In this document: one piece after another, positions 9,824 to 22,000 of the stretch
Numbering within the stretch: the stretch's first letter is position 1
How the letters are laid out: each line of letters opens with the position of its first letter
From: Carpediemonas membranifera BICM
Taxonomy: Eukaryota > Protista > Fornicata
Direction: 5' to 3'
Assembly: GCA_019828565.1 (NCBI GenBank)
Contig: JAHDYR010000025.1
Location: 248,001-312,000, forward strand
Length of the DNA: 64,000 bases
Program-made: the position numbers and the translations under genes
Notes under the pieces: model-generated
Seen by the model: the letters and a program-made list of their open reading frames with translations, nothing else
What the model was told of the DNA's origin: nothing
Databases searched by the model: none

Positions 9824-11363
9824 ATGTTCAGCAATAGATCGAAGAGCTCGTCCGGCGCTCGTAGCAACGCCACTTTTCTAACTCTCTACAACCTTATAAG
9901 CGGCAAGGAAGACTTCACCTTCCAAGATGAGCAGGAGCAGCGTGTTATGGACTGGGCGACAAAGCGCCGCAATGGTACGTCGCGCCGTCAGATTCATTTA
10001 CCCAGTTCTTCTTGAAATCGACACCATTTTCACCCGTAACAGTGACGAAGCGATCTCTACAACCGAGACCATACACCAAGTGACCAAGGCAACAGAGTTC
10101 GAGTCTTTCCGCGAGGAATGCAACGCTAATCCGCACATGGACCGTGTTTCATACCTCGCCCTCCTCTACTCCTACCGTAACAGCTCCGCCGAGAAGGACT
10201 GGTGGTCCCGTAACGAGAGCAGGCTATTCAGGGTCCGCATGTCGCTGGTGAAGTTCATGGTGGAGAGCAAGCGCGACCTGGTGCTGTCCTCAGGCCTGTT
10301 CTACGCCCTGCCCCAGTTCAAGGCGATGAAGGCGGAGCAGAATAAGGCCTCCACACCGAACAAGAGGACGGCGCTGCCCGATTTCATCGAGAGCTTGCCG
10401 GACGACTACGTGGTCGGCAAGTTCAGTGTCGCCAGTCTCTTGGCGCCCCGTTCCGACTGTGTCATGTACAAGGGCAACGTGTTTATCCCCAAAACCTCGA
10501 TAGACGACGTCGTAGGCCTCGTCTTCGACCTGCAGCAGACGTTCAATGCATACGTAGCCCCCGAGCGCCCGTTCCTGATCCGTCCCTCTGCCAAGCTCCA
10601 GGCCATGATGGACCGCATCGCGGAGATGGGCCTGACCACGACGGACAGCGCCATGTTCGAGACCAAGGTCAACGCCAACATGACGGCGGCCGTATTCCAG
10701 CAGGGCTGCCTCGGTGGGAACAACAAGTACGCCGCCCCCGTGCACCCGCCGTGCATCACGGCCATGTTCCACGCGCTGCTCGAGAACCACAAGCTGTACC
10801 ACCACGGCCGGTTCCAGCTGTACCTATACCTCAAAGGGATCGGGATGCCGATGGAGGAGGCTATCAATATGATGCGGACGCTCATGGTGCACGCTAAGTC
10901 GGGCATCGACGTCACTGGGTTCCAAAAGAACTATGAGTACAACATCCGCCATTCGTACGGCAAGGAGGGCAGCCGCAAGTCGTACGGGGCCATGTCGTGC
11001 ATGAAGTCGATGAAGACACCCAACCCCAGCAACGTCAGCGAGGTCCACGGGTGTCCGCTCGAGCAGAAGCTCAGAGGCACGGAGGGCGAGACCCACCTCG
11101 ACGGTGAGTTCCTCTCGCTCCTGTTCAAACGCTACATCGCCCACGCCCCAGGGATCAACATGACTGAGTCGCAGTTTACCGAAAGGATGAATGGCCAGCT
11201 GGGGTCCGGAAACGTGCAACAGGCGTGCCAGGAGCTGTTCTTCATGTCGCAGGGGCCGCAGAGTGCCCAGTACATCGACGCGGCAACCCATCCGACCTTG
11301 TGGCATCGGTGTGCAGCGGCATGCCAGTCGTCGTCAGCTGACCTCGAGGATATCGCCATGTAA
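9824..11363 (+). CDS. PRIM2: DNA primase large subunit (intron 9975-10005)
   Basis: Fe-S domain motifs PPC...LYHHGRFQLYLYLKGIG, YNIRHSYGKEG...YGAMSC, HGCP, QQAC. The 31-nt intron joins ORF 9824 to ORF 9927 giving WATKRRNVLLEID. Confidence 0.93.
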
Positions 11364-11487
11364 AGTCTTTAGGGATCCGAATCTGATTCGATATGCCAGA
11401 TCGCGCCGAATCCAGCTTGACGGCTCATCAAATGATTGAACGATGTGGACAAAGTTCCTCTGTTTGGCGCTATTGGTGAGTGCTTGC

Positions 11488-12590
11488 ATGACATCAACAG
11501 CGGACGTGGAGGCAATAGTGTCATATAGTTATGGAACAACGGTTTGTTTCTCGCGGGATTCCGCCCTGCCTTGCTTACGAAGAGGCTGTCGAATTTGATC
11601 CGACAATCAATAGAATACATCCACACAGCATACGAGCGTTACCCAAAGCTTGCATTTAGCTTCAATGGCGGCAAAGACTGTACCGTACTCCTCCATCTGC
11701 TCCGTGCGGCGCTATTCGAGCAATCAGGGTCCCTGAGCGACCATCCCTTCGACGTCTACCTCTTCGACGTGGAGGAGGAGTTCAAGGAGGTGACTGATTT
11801 CGTCCATCAGACCGTCTCGGAGTACAATCTGAACCTCGTCGAGTCCAAGGCGCCCCACATGATCAGGGCCCTACAGGAGATCGTCGACACAGGCATCAAC
11901 GCCATGATGCTGGGTGTGAGGGGTGCTGACCCGACTGGAAACATCCCCGTGTTCGCTGAACCGACCCTTGGGTGGCCCAAGCTGACCCGCGTCGCCCCCA
12001 TCATCCACTGGGAGTACGTCGACGTCTGGGAGTTCCTGCTGAGGTTTAACCTTCCGTACTGCTCCCTTTACGACCACGGGTTCACGTCCCTCGGCGCACC
12101 GTCCCGTACTAAGCCCAACCCAGCCCTGCGGTATGACACGCTGGCGACGACTGTCGGGCACGTCGAGGACAAGCCGTGGGAGCAGGCGATACACTCCACA
12201 CCGGCGTCTCCGTCGGGCCGTGCGTACCTCTCCCTCAACACCACCGGCGGGCACTCGCACCTGACCCACGCCTGCCCCGCCCACACGCCGTGCGGGATAT
12301 GGTCGTCCGCACGGGCAATGATGCGCGGAAGATGGGCTCTGGACGTGGGCGACGACACCCTCCGCCCGACGGCACTCCCCGCGCACATCGAGCTGCTTCG
12401 GAGGGGGATCGCGTTGCCCACACCACTGTCGCTCTTCAAGGGCGGGTCAAACCGGCTGTCTCTCGGCAACCTGGACCCTGAGGGCACGGTGGAGCGGGGG
12501 TCGACTTCACCGGTGGGTGAGACGGACTACCTCCCGGCGTACTACCTGCCCATTGCCACCCAGGAGCGGAGCGGGCGGATAGTCACATGA
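11488..12590 (+). CDS. FAD1: FAD synthase (PAPS reductase family) (intron 11542-11582)
   Basis: SFNGGKDCTVLL, GVRGADP, GWP..RVAPIIHWEYVDVWEFL, YCSLYDHGFTSLG, TKPNPAL, YLPAY...ERSGR. A 41-nt GTTTGT...TTACGAAG intron supplies an in-frame ATG exon. Confidence 0.9.
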
Positions 12591-12833
12591 GATGGTCTAT
12601 ATGGGGGCAATGTCCTCTGTTGGAGCATGTTTCTTTATCTTACTAGCTTTCCAGTGTAAATGACGGGTCGACTGCCTGCCGTGGGAGGGTGCCGGACGGA
12701 ACCAGACCTTGAGAAGGAGGCGTGCAAGTAGTGGTGCTGTCGGACCGTGCTGCCACGCTCCTGCTGGTCTTGCAGCGGTTTGGTAGACGCACCTTTAAGC
12801 GCCACCCGGTTTGTTCACGAATATTATCTCCCG

Positions 12834-15800
12834 ATGGAACCATCGTTGCCCATAACAGGGAATGAGTCTCATATATACCATCGAAATGGGACGTTCGGCC
12901 TCGGAACGTCACTGCCGAAGATTTTTCCCAATGCTACGCCCGAAACGATTGTGTCTCCACCAAAAACTGCGAGGAACGCTTCTCCGCCACGAAGAGTGCC
13001 TGTAAGGGGCGGAAATCGGCTCCGAACGGCGCCTATCACCCGGAGTATGGTCAGTCCGAGAGACAGCGACATGAGGGAAATCTCGCGCCTCGTAACGCCG
13101 CGGACCAGGGGCGGAATGACGCCCAAGACCGGCACCCCGTTCACTGTGAGGACGAACACACTCTCACACCAGGCCGTTGCCCAAGCCCTCTGCCTGTCGT
13201 CCATCCACGGCAGTCTGAAGGCCGCCCAGTCCGAAGCAGTGGTCACCGCCCCGCCCGCCGTCGAGGGCTCGGTGCTCGGCTTCCTTTCCGCGATATACTC
13301 GACGCTGGAGGGCCGTATAGTGACCCAGTCGGACGCGGCCACCCGTGTCACCCGGGCCCTCGCCGGGACTCGGATGAGCGAGCTGTGGCACATCGACGCG
13401 CCAGAGGACCCGGACGCCTCGGAGCTGGAGCGAACGATAGTCAGCAGCATGGCAGACGCGGGCGACATTGACGTGTTCCCGACGGTGCTCGAGGAGTTGA
13501 CGACCAGACTAAGGCAGACCAAGATCCTTGAGACAGACGTGCTTGCAGAGCAGCTGGAGGCTGCCTTCAAGACTACCAAGGGCCCTATGGCGATCGACCG
13601 TGTACTGCGGGTGTCGATGGACGCCCTCGGGAAGCTGTCCGACACTGCCGGCCACACGAGCAGACACGCCAAACGGGCAATCAACATATGCGTCGAACAG
13701 CTGAGTACCGTGAGCAAGCGGTACAGACAGCTTATCGGCGACCTCAAGGCGGACCACGAGGCTCAGCTCGGGCTCCTTAGGGATGAGATCAGCAGCCTTC
13801 AGGTGGAGCTGAAGACGGAGCGTGACACCGCTCTGGCGCAGAAGGAGGCGGACCTTGAGCTGATCGAGAGCCTCAACGACAGGGCGGCCAGCCAAGAGCA
13901 GCAGCTCACTACCCTCCACATCATCGCCAAGGAGAACGACGTTCTCGGCCGCATCAAGCAGTTCGGACAAGAGCAGCAGGCCGCGTCCGCCCAGGCGTTT
14001 GAGATGGACCTGCAGCACGACAGGATCCGGTCCCTGCAGGACGAGCTCCTTAACTTGCGGCAGGCGTTGGCGAAGAAGGACGCCGTCATCGGACATAGAG
14101 ATGAGCTCGTCGCATCGCTCTCCAGCGACATCAACAACCTGCGGAAGCTCCTGCTGCAGGTCTACGGCACCGCCCCGCTGGACTTCATGGATCCAAGCAA
14201 CGACAAGGGCGGCCTGCTTTCTGGCAAGGCCCAGCTGGACGAGGTCTCGACTGACAGCATCGTCGGGTCGGGCGTCTGGTGTTTCGTGCCCGTGGACACC
14301 GAGGACCCACACCGCACCGAGGACATCGTGCGGGCCCTGTCCTCGGGTCACTACGAGGTCACCGCGGATGACAGCGCGGGCCAGCCTGACCTCATCGTGG
14401 GTGGCGCTGAGCCTCCGATGACACTGTCTAAGTCATTGCTGACCGAGCGGCAGGCCTGGGAGGTCGAGCGTGTGAAGCTGCTGGGCCAGCTGATGGAGAT
14501 CAAGGGCGTCGACGTCAAGGCGGCCGGCACCAAGTTCAGCGGCCACCTTGATCCCACAAACCACGACCTCCTCAAGCAGCAGTGGCACGCTGAGCGAATG
14601 CTGCTTCAGAAGGAGCTTGCTGTCCAACGCGAGCGCCTGTCACTTGACCCGACCTTCCAGAAGCGCGTCTACCCCATCGTCCGCCGCTTCGTCCCGACGC
14701 TCGTCGAGACCAACCCGCTACCGACCCCCGACCGGCACAACGAGTGGATGTGGTTGCATCGCCTCATCCATGTGTTGTACGCCCATATCAGCATTAGGGT
14801 CCGGGGCCAGCTCAACACAGTGGCATACGGCACTTACTCGCCGGTGCCGTCGTTCACGAGGATGGTGTGGGAGTTCCTCGTCGGCAAGTACGACAACGCC
14901 GCCCCCGCCCTGGTCGCGGTGGACCTCGCCCAGGCGTGCGAGCACCACCGCGCGGCTGACCGGTGGATCGAGATCTTCGCGAAGTTCTTCGATGGAGAGA
15001 GAGACATCAGCGCGCTCATCTTCTTCCTCCATGCCCTACAGGTGTCCAACGACTCGTGCATTGGCCTCGCCTTCCCCCCGGCCCCCGAGACATCCCACCC
15101 CGCCTACATCGACGTCACACGGTGTAGTGCGGTTGTCAAGGAGCTGTTCCCCGCCATCACGTCAGCACAGTACGCGCTCTTCATGCAGGCCGTGAACAGC
15201 GCCTCATCACAGGTGCCCGACCGGGAGATCGCCTTCATCCTCGGCCGCGAGTCCCTCGGCGAGAGAAGGCTTCAGCTGTCAGTTTTCCTCGAGATGTGCA
15301 TTCAGCAGCATCTGCAGGGCGTCAGGTCCAAGTCCGACGCTGTGGCCAAGGTGTTCAACGCGGTCGACACTGAGCACGACGGCGCCCTCCTGTTTGAGCC
15401 GTTCAAACGGATGGTCGAGCAGCTCGACCCCGTCCTCACTGTGCCACAGGTGCTGGCGGCGTACACGGAGGCCCTAGACAGACAGCATCAGCAGGTGCAC
15501 GCTGGCAACGCTGGCGACGCCTCCACCGCGATGGGCGTGACCTGCGGCAGCGTGCTGTGGGTGCTGCACCGGCTAGGGTCGCTGACACCGTACAGCAGGC
15601 GGGCTGTGGTTGGCATGGCGCGACTGCCCGACATCCCCGAGCAGCGTGGGACCAGCATGGTCGACGTGCTCGCGGCCACCGTCCGGAAGCACATTTACCC
15701 GCTCGCCAACAGCGTCATCAAGGAGCTCGGCATGGTCATGTCAGTCCACCGTGCACACGACGGTGGCGTGCTGGGCGTGTTGAAGCGGGCGTCGCCGTTC

Positions 15801-16451
15801 CACGGCAACGTCGCCGTCTTCACATCCTACCCGCATCTGACCCGCGCACTGACCGAGGTGTCCAGCAGAGACTTCAACTGCAGCATCCTGGGCACGCGTG
15901 CGTCGAGCGTGTATCTCGACGACCTGCCGTCGATCGAGGCCGGGCTCGTGGAGATCATCTGCTCCCTTGAACTCGAGCTCTCCAGCAAGGGCTCACCACT
16001 GAGGTGTATCAGCTCGGCGAACTACTGCCTGTCGTACATCACCACGGCCATCGGGGTCGTCCAGGGCATTACCGGCGCCGTTCCCGTTGACATAATGACA
16101 AACGCCGTCGAGACCGCCAGCAAGGCGATTGGCCAGGTTTCACACGCGACAACACTCACGCTGTCTTCATCGGAGCCTGGCGAGTACCGCTCCCAGGCAG
16201 CAAAGGCGGTGGCACTGTCGCGCTCGATCATCGTCGTCCAGGGCCTCATGCGGTCCTGGCTCTCACGGTACAGGGCGCACGATGAGTCCCGCGGCAGTGA
16301 CATCGACGACGACCAGGCGGCGGTGATGCTGAGGCGGGCGAACAGGCGCAAGGAACGGCAGCGGGAGCGGAGGGAGCGGCGGGATAGGACGGGGCCCGAG
16401 AGCCGCACAGAGGACAGCAGCGACAGCGACGAGGAGCTCGACGCACTGTGA
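12834..16451 (+). CDS. Large coiled-coil protein with EF-hand-like and IQ-like motifs (TSNAXIP1-like, possibly axonemal)
   Basis: 1200-aa ORF with coding codon bias; central coiled coil; EFLVGKY...ACEHH...IEIFAKFFDG block; VFNAVDTEHDGALLFEPF EF-hand-like; VQGLMRSWLSR IQ-like. Confidence 0.55.
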   Translation: MEPSLPITGNESHIYHRNGTFGLGTSLPKIFPNATPETIVSPPKTARNASPPRRVPVRGGNRLRTAPITRSMVSPRDSDMREISRLVTPRTRGGMTPKTGTPFTVRTNTLSHQAVAQALCLSSIHGSLKAAQSEAVVTAPPAVEGSVLGFLSAIYSTLEGRIVTQSDAATRVTRALAGTRMSELWHIDAPEDPDASELERTIVSSMADAGDIDVFPTVLEELTTRLRQTKILETDVLAEQLEAAFKTTKGPMAIDRVLRVSMDALGKLSDTAGHTSRHAKRAINICVEQLSTVSKRYRQLIGDLKADHEAQLGLLRDEISSLQVELKTERDTALAQKEADLELIESLNDRAASQEQQLTTLHIIAKENDVLGRIKQFGQEQQAASAQAFEMDLQHDRIRSLQDELLNLRQALAKKDAVIGHRDELVASLSSDINNLRKLLLQVYGTAPLDFMDPSNDKGGLLSGKAQLDEVSTDSIVGSGVWCFVPVDTEDPHRTEDIVRALSSGHYEVTADDSAGQPDLIVGGAEPPMTLSKSLLTERQAWEVERVKLLGQLMEIKGVDVKAAGTKFSGHLDPTNHDLLKQQWHAERMLLQKELAVQRERLSLDPTFQKRVYPIVRRFVPTLVETNPLPTPDRHNEWMWLHRLIHVLYAHISIRVRGQLNTVAYGTYSPVPSFTRMVWEFLVGKYDNAAPALVAVDLAQACEHHRAADRWIEIFAKFFDGERDISALIFFLHALQVSNDSCIGLAFPPAPETSHPAYIDVTRCSAVVKELFPAITSAQYALFMQAVNSASSQVPDREIAFILGRESLGERRLQLSVFLEMCIQQHLQGVRSKSDAVAKVFNAVDTEHDGALLFEPFKRMVEQLDPVLTVPQVLAAYTEALDRQHQQVHAGNAGDASTAMGVTCGSVLWVLHRLGSLTPYSRRAVVGMARLPDIPEQRGTSMVDVLAATVRKHIYPLANSVIKELGMVMSVHRAHDGGVLGVLKRASPFHGNVAVFTSYPHLTRALTEVSSRDFNCSILGTRASSVYLDDLPSIEAGLVEIICSLELELSSKGSPLRCISSANYCLSYITTAIGVVQGITGAVPVDIMTNAVETASKAIGQVSHATTLTLSSSEPGEYRSQAAKAVALSRSIIVVQGLMRSWLSRYRAHDESRGSDIDDDQAAVMLRRANRRKERQRERRERRDRTGPESRTEDSSDSDEELDAL

Positions 16452-16546
16452 AATGACAACATATGGATAAACTTTCTGTCGGAGACTTTGACTGTCGTTG
16501 ACCGTTTGTTGGCTGTGGATGACAAGCATGGCCGGATCTGGCTTTG

Positions 16547-18327
16547 ATGACTGAGCTGCAAGCTCTAATAGAGACGCTTAAAGGCAATATAAGCCATCAT
16601 CTTAGCCTTTTACGCGAATATTCCCAATCGGGGTCGTGCAGCGGCGAGGAGAGAGCAAAGCTAGCCGAATTCGCGGTGAACAGCGTACTTCCCTTGATAC
16701 GGGGCCTTGCCCAAGATTCTTCCAGCAACGCGGTAGCGCACGATGACTCGGTCACACTGAAAGCACTTGTGAACGGCTACATCTTCAGCTGCGATACAGC
16801 TCGACCGTCCCCGGGAATGTACCCAGTATCATCGCCATCGCGTACACCGAGCAGTGCCAGGAGGCTATCGAAGACTACGAGGGGACGAACGCCGACCTTG
16901 TCGCCATGCTGTTAGCCATCCCAGGTCTAACGGACGCTGCCCGGAGTCGAGTCGAGCATGCCGTGGGTACCCTCCTCGATGGACCTCAGCTGAGCATGAA
17001 CGTCGAACTGCATGAGGACGAGTCCCTCGAGGACAGCCTGCACACGCTGCTCCAGGGCACACTCTGGGCGATCCTGATGCAGGCTGGGGCCGACCCCGAC
17101 CTGGAGCGGCACATTGGTGGCCATGGGGAGGTCGACTCATCGATATCGGGGGCACGCTTCCTTTGGTTCATGTGCAAGAAGTTTTTCTTCACTCATAACG
17201 TCGCCGAGAAGGACGGCATAACTATCGCTCATCACATGCGGCATGAGTACCGAATATACGATGGTCACCTCTTCCACGGCCGGGAGAACAAGATATATTT
17301 GATCCAATTTTCTCGGGCCCGGATCCCAAGGGTCATCCGAGTCGTGATGGACCAGACCGAGTCATATCAGATCGTTGGGGTCACCCCGCATGGTCTATAT
17401 GGCTGGGGGTTTAACGACTACTGCCAGCTGGGGTTCAAAAGCACGGGATACTCCGCGGTTCCCCGCCGGCTGACGTTTGAGGGTTGCTCTGAAGTGCAGC
17501 AGTACGAGCAGCAGCTGCCGCCGTGGAATAAGGACCGTCTCGTCATACAGATCTCCATGACGGCCGTACGGACCTTCATTCTGACCCCAGTCGGGTTTGT
17601 GGCGACTGGGGTGGGTCTCCAGCAGTTTCTTCCTGATAACCGGATCACTTACAAGGCGTTCAACCCAGTGCACCTCCCCAACCACTTCATCCCATCGAGA
17701 GTTATGGACTTCAGATACGTTACCATAATACCATCCGGCCAGGGCCAGATGATTACTGGAGAGAACACCCTCGGTCAGCTGGGTCTCGGGCACACCAGAT
17801 CCGTCACCGGGTTTCAATCATCGCCCCACCGCTTCGACGAGGTGCTGCAGTGCACCCCGTTCTACAACATCTTCCTCCAGGGCGCCGCCGTGTTGTTCGC
17901 AGGGAAGGTGTGCAACATCATGGTGAATTCGGGCCTGCTGCCCGGGGGCGTCAGTGACCAGGACATCGTCTCTGACCCACTCCGACTCATCATGCCAGCT
18001 GGATTGAGTCGATTCCTCTTCCACTTCGACCCGAAAGTTCAGCTCATCCACGCCCTCGCCTACGGCGGCGAGACACACGTCCACTGGTGGCGGGGCTGGC
18101 ATGCCAAGCAAGCCACCGCACCGTTCGAGGCATCTGCTGTGATCTTCCCCCACCTCAAACCGGGCGAGCTGCGGCTGTATCTGAGGGATGGAGACGGGTC
18201 GTGGAGGAAGCTCAACCTCATGAAGCCGGGGAAGTGCGCCCAGTGCGACGGCGTGATCCACCGCATGAAGAGCTTCAAGGTGCACGAGTTGCACGACATG
18301 CCGCCCCCTGGTGAAGGGCGGGGTTGA
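16547..18327 (+). pseudogene. Lineage-specific RCC1-like repeat family, copy A, with an apparent frameshift near 16790-16801
   Basis: Shares LSMNxEL..LHTLxQGxxWAxLMxxGADPD..WFxCKKFFF..VAEKDG and GxNxxGQLGLGH with copies B and C. Paralog-like sequence switches frame between ...TLKALVNGYIFSCDT and STVPGNVPSIIAIAY. It could instead be expressed from a downstream start, or be an assembly indel. Confidence 0.6.
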
Positions 18328-18374
18328 CCTGGTAAAGTTTGGACAATTTGATGGGTTCATTTTCCAGAACCTCG

Positions 18375-18838
18375 ATGGCCGATATTGAGTTCACAAACAT
18401 CGAACAGCTGGTTCCTGCCATGAAGGACGTCAGTGTTCGATTTATTGTGGTGAACAAGAAAGATCCAGAGGTTATTGACGCCAATCGGACGAAATGCGAC
18501 GCCTTGATAGCTGGTATGCCCTTTCCATCCACTCTCACACAGACGCTACAGGCCAGGTGACAGCAAATCTCTGGGGCGATGAGCTATCGCTCGAGATCGG
18601 CGACATTGCCGAGATCCAGCATGGCTACACGACCCTATTCCATGACCGACTCGTGATCCAGACCGGCCGCCACGGGAAGATCATCCGCACGGGTGAGATT
18701 GACATGGTCTTCTCCATGGAGAACAACATGAGCCTCAAGATGTTCACCCGCTCCGAGGTGGACGGGCAGGTGCACTGGAGGTCCGAGCGGGAGGTCATGC
18801 CCCGCGACCGGTCCAGGGGCGACGGCAGGCACGGATGA
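18375..18838 (+). CDS. NABP2: SOSS-B / hSSB1 OB-fold single-stranded DNA-binding protein (intron 18514-18542)
   Basis: Spliced product MKDVSVRFIVV...ALIADATGQVTANLWG...GDIAEIQHGYTTLF..RLVIQTGRHGKIIRTGEIDMVFSMENNMS matches NABP1/2. Confidence 0.88.
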
Positions 18839-19063
18839 TGAGCGATGGCGGTATAATGGCAGTTGGCTGTCTCGTAGTCAGCAGGAGGAGTGCGGCGCTG
18901 GCATTGATTCCCATAAAGCGTCTAACATGCGCACAGTCTTGGCAGGCTACTGCCATTGCCCATAGAGCCTGGCTACCGCGACAGCATCCTCGCGCGAATC
19001 TCGAAATGCGACTCGGCGGGTTTTGCAGCTTTCTCCAGCGTCTCGGTTTTATTGTTACTCTTC

Positions 19064-22000
19064 ATGGCGGACAGCAAACCGAAGCCTATGAGCACCAAGC
19101 AGCTCAAGAAGCATTACGCTACCATCTTCAGTCCCCCGGCTGGCACAGAGACGGCTACCGACGGCCCTGCGTACTACCCCGTCGATGTCTTCGCCAAATG
19201 GAACATGAAGCGCCATCAGTGCCCCGGATGCGGCTGCAACTACTGGGCCTCGCACCCCAATCCCACCAACTGCGGCGATTCCACCTGCACGATGAAGTAC
19301 GGCTTCATCAACAACGCCCCCTTCGCCTCTGACGTCCGCCCCGCCAAGGTTGGCGACGCCTACACCATGACCGACGTCTGGAACAACTTCCAGGCCAAGA
19401 TGGAGAGCCTGAAGACGACCGTGACGAACCCCTCGAAGAACAACGAGGTGATCGAGACCATCGGCCACACGGCGATCCCCCGCTACCCCGTTGTCGCCCG
19501 CTGGCGCAAGGACGTAGACTTCGTCATCGCCGGCATCTTCTGCTTCCAGCCGCACTGTGTCTCCGGCGAGCTGGAGCCCCCCGCTAACCCCCTTGTCTGC
19601 CCGCAGTTCTGCCTCCGCTTCGGTGACCTCGACAACATCGGCTTCACCGGCCGCCACTACTCCGGCTTCCACATGCTCGGCGAGCAGGTGTTCAACGGGC
19701 CCGAGAAGGACGTCTACTTCAAGGACGGCACCATCGACAACAACCTCCACTGGCTGACCGACAACGACGGCCTTGCCCTCGACATTGACCGCCTCCGCCT
19801 CAAGGAGGACGTGTGGAGCGGCGGCGGGAACCTTGGCCCGTGCGTCGAGGTCTTCATCGACGGCCTCGAGGTCGGCAACATGGTCTTCATGCAGTACCGC
19901 GTCGACGACAACAACGAGCTCGTGCCCCTCGAGCGCCAGACCGTGGACGTCGGTATCGGCCTCGAGCGCCTGCCCTGGCTCCTCAACGGCTCCGAGACCA
20001 GCTACGGCCACGCCTTCCCCGTCGCCCGGGGGGCGCTCGCCGAGATTGCCGGCATCCAGGAGGAGTCCGACGACTACAAGACCTCTGTGGCGATGTGGAA
20101 CGCCTTCGCCCCATACTCATGCCACCTCGACATGGACGAGGCGACCCCCGAGAAGGCCTGGCAGACTGTCCTCACAGAGATGGCCAAGGACGGTGTCGCC
20201 GTGCCCGAGGTCCCGGAGGACGGCAATTTCGCCCGCGCGATCATCGACGCCATCGGCCCAGTCAAGGACATGTATATCGTCCTCGACCATACCCGGACGC
20301 TGCTGTTCGCCCTGTTTGACGGATGCATCCCCTCGAACCAGGGAGGCGGGTCTAACCTCCGTCGCGTCATTCGCCGCACGTTCCGCATCATGCAGGACCG
20401 CGGATGGAACATGGACGGGGCCAAGGACGCGATGGTCGACCGGCTCTGGGCCGTCATGGTCGCCCACACGACCGATCTCCGCACCATGCACGGCGAGGCT
20501 GACCTCCACATCGACGAGCGGTCGTTCAAGGGCATCATCGACTCGGAGTACACGAAGATGATGGCCACGGACGCCAAGGCCGTCGCTGAGGACACCAAGG
20601 CCGTCAAGGAGCAGCTCGACAAGCTCGCCAAGGTCCTCAAGGGCCTGCCCGCCGACGAGTCTGCCCACGACGCCAAGGCCGCGGCCATCCTGGACTTCTG
20701 GGCCGAGCTCTTCGTCGATAAGGCCGTCGCCCTCGACTCGGTCAAGCTTGTTCTCGAGACGATGGCGAAGGACAAGAAGGCTGCCAAGTACGCCGAGATC
20801 CTGAAGACTGTCGGCACGGAGCCCCCCAGCAACGTGTCGAGCGAGATCAACGACCGCCAGGAGGCCCGCAGAGCCACGCAGAACCAGACGGAGAAGAAGA
20901 AGGCTGCCGTGTACCACCTGGACGCCGCCACGGCGAGACAGACGGAGTACATGCTCGAGCGGGACGACGCCGACGAGCAGCACCACGACCTGGTCCGCGA
21001 GTTCGACAGCAAGGTCGTCGCCGTGATCGAGAACGTCATCACCGAGCATGACACGGCCGAGCACAAGTACAAGGGCCACCGCAACGTCGTCGTCATCGCC
21101 CAGACGTACTGCTACCCCGTGTCGGGCGGCCAAGACTGCGACCAGGGCACCGTGACCGTCGACGGCACGCGGTACCGCCTGTACGCCGTGACCAAGGACG
21201 GGCCTGTCGTCATCCACTACCTCTGCGCCATGGATGGCGCCCCGGTCGACCTCGACGTCGCACCGGGCACCCCAATTCACGTGGAGATCGACTTCACCCG
21301 CCGCACGCAGCTCCGGGTGCACCACACGGCCGCCCACCTCATCCACGCGGCCGCCCACAAGGTCCTCGGCGCCCACGTGTGGCAGCAGGGCGCCCACAAG
21401 CGGGTGGACCTGGCGCGGCTCGATATCTCCCACTACGCCCCCGTGTCGTTCGAGCAGCGCATGGAGATCCAGGCGGCGGCCAATGAGCTCATCAAGGGCG
21501 GCCATGCGATCCACAAGTACACGCTCGCCAAGGAGTCTGCCGAGAAGCAGTACGGCTACACGTTGTACCAGGGCGGCATCGTCCCGGGAAACACAGTCAG
21601 GACCGTCCGTATCGGCGAGGACGACGCCATCGTCGACGTCGAGGCCTGCTGCGGCACCCACTGCGACAACACCGACGAGCTCGGCCAGATCGTCGTCATC
21701 CGGACCAACTCGGTCCGCGACGGAGTCCAGCGCCTCGAGTTCGTCGCCGGTGACGCCGCTGCCCGCTTCCTGCAGTCCGTCGAGGAGCGGGAGCAGGCCC
21801 TGTGCACGTGCCACGGCCTCGACACTCCTGAGGACCTCGTCGATGCCGCCCGCGCCACCTTCAAGGACCGCGCCAAGTGCGAGAAGGCGCTGATCGGGCT
21901 CAAGGACAACGTGCTGGCCCTCGCCGCCACGGCCTTGGACCGCCGCACGGTCATCCACACTGACGCGTACATGATGAACAAGGCGAACAAGCTCATGGCC

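Noticed and set aside
12130-12520. Insertion near the FAD synthase C-terminus as a possible intein or extra domain
   Set aside because: No intein termini, and this position is a length-variable region in FAD1 homologues.
16605-16613. GCCTTTTAC, matching the U5 snRNA loop I
   Set aside because: No flanking stem, and it lies inside an ORF.
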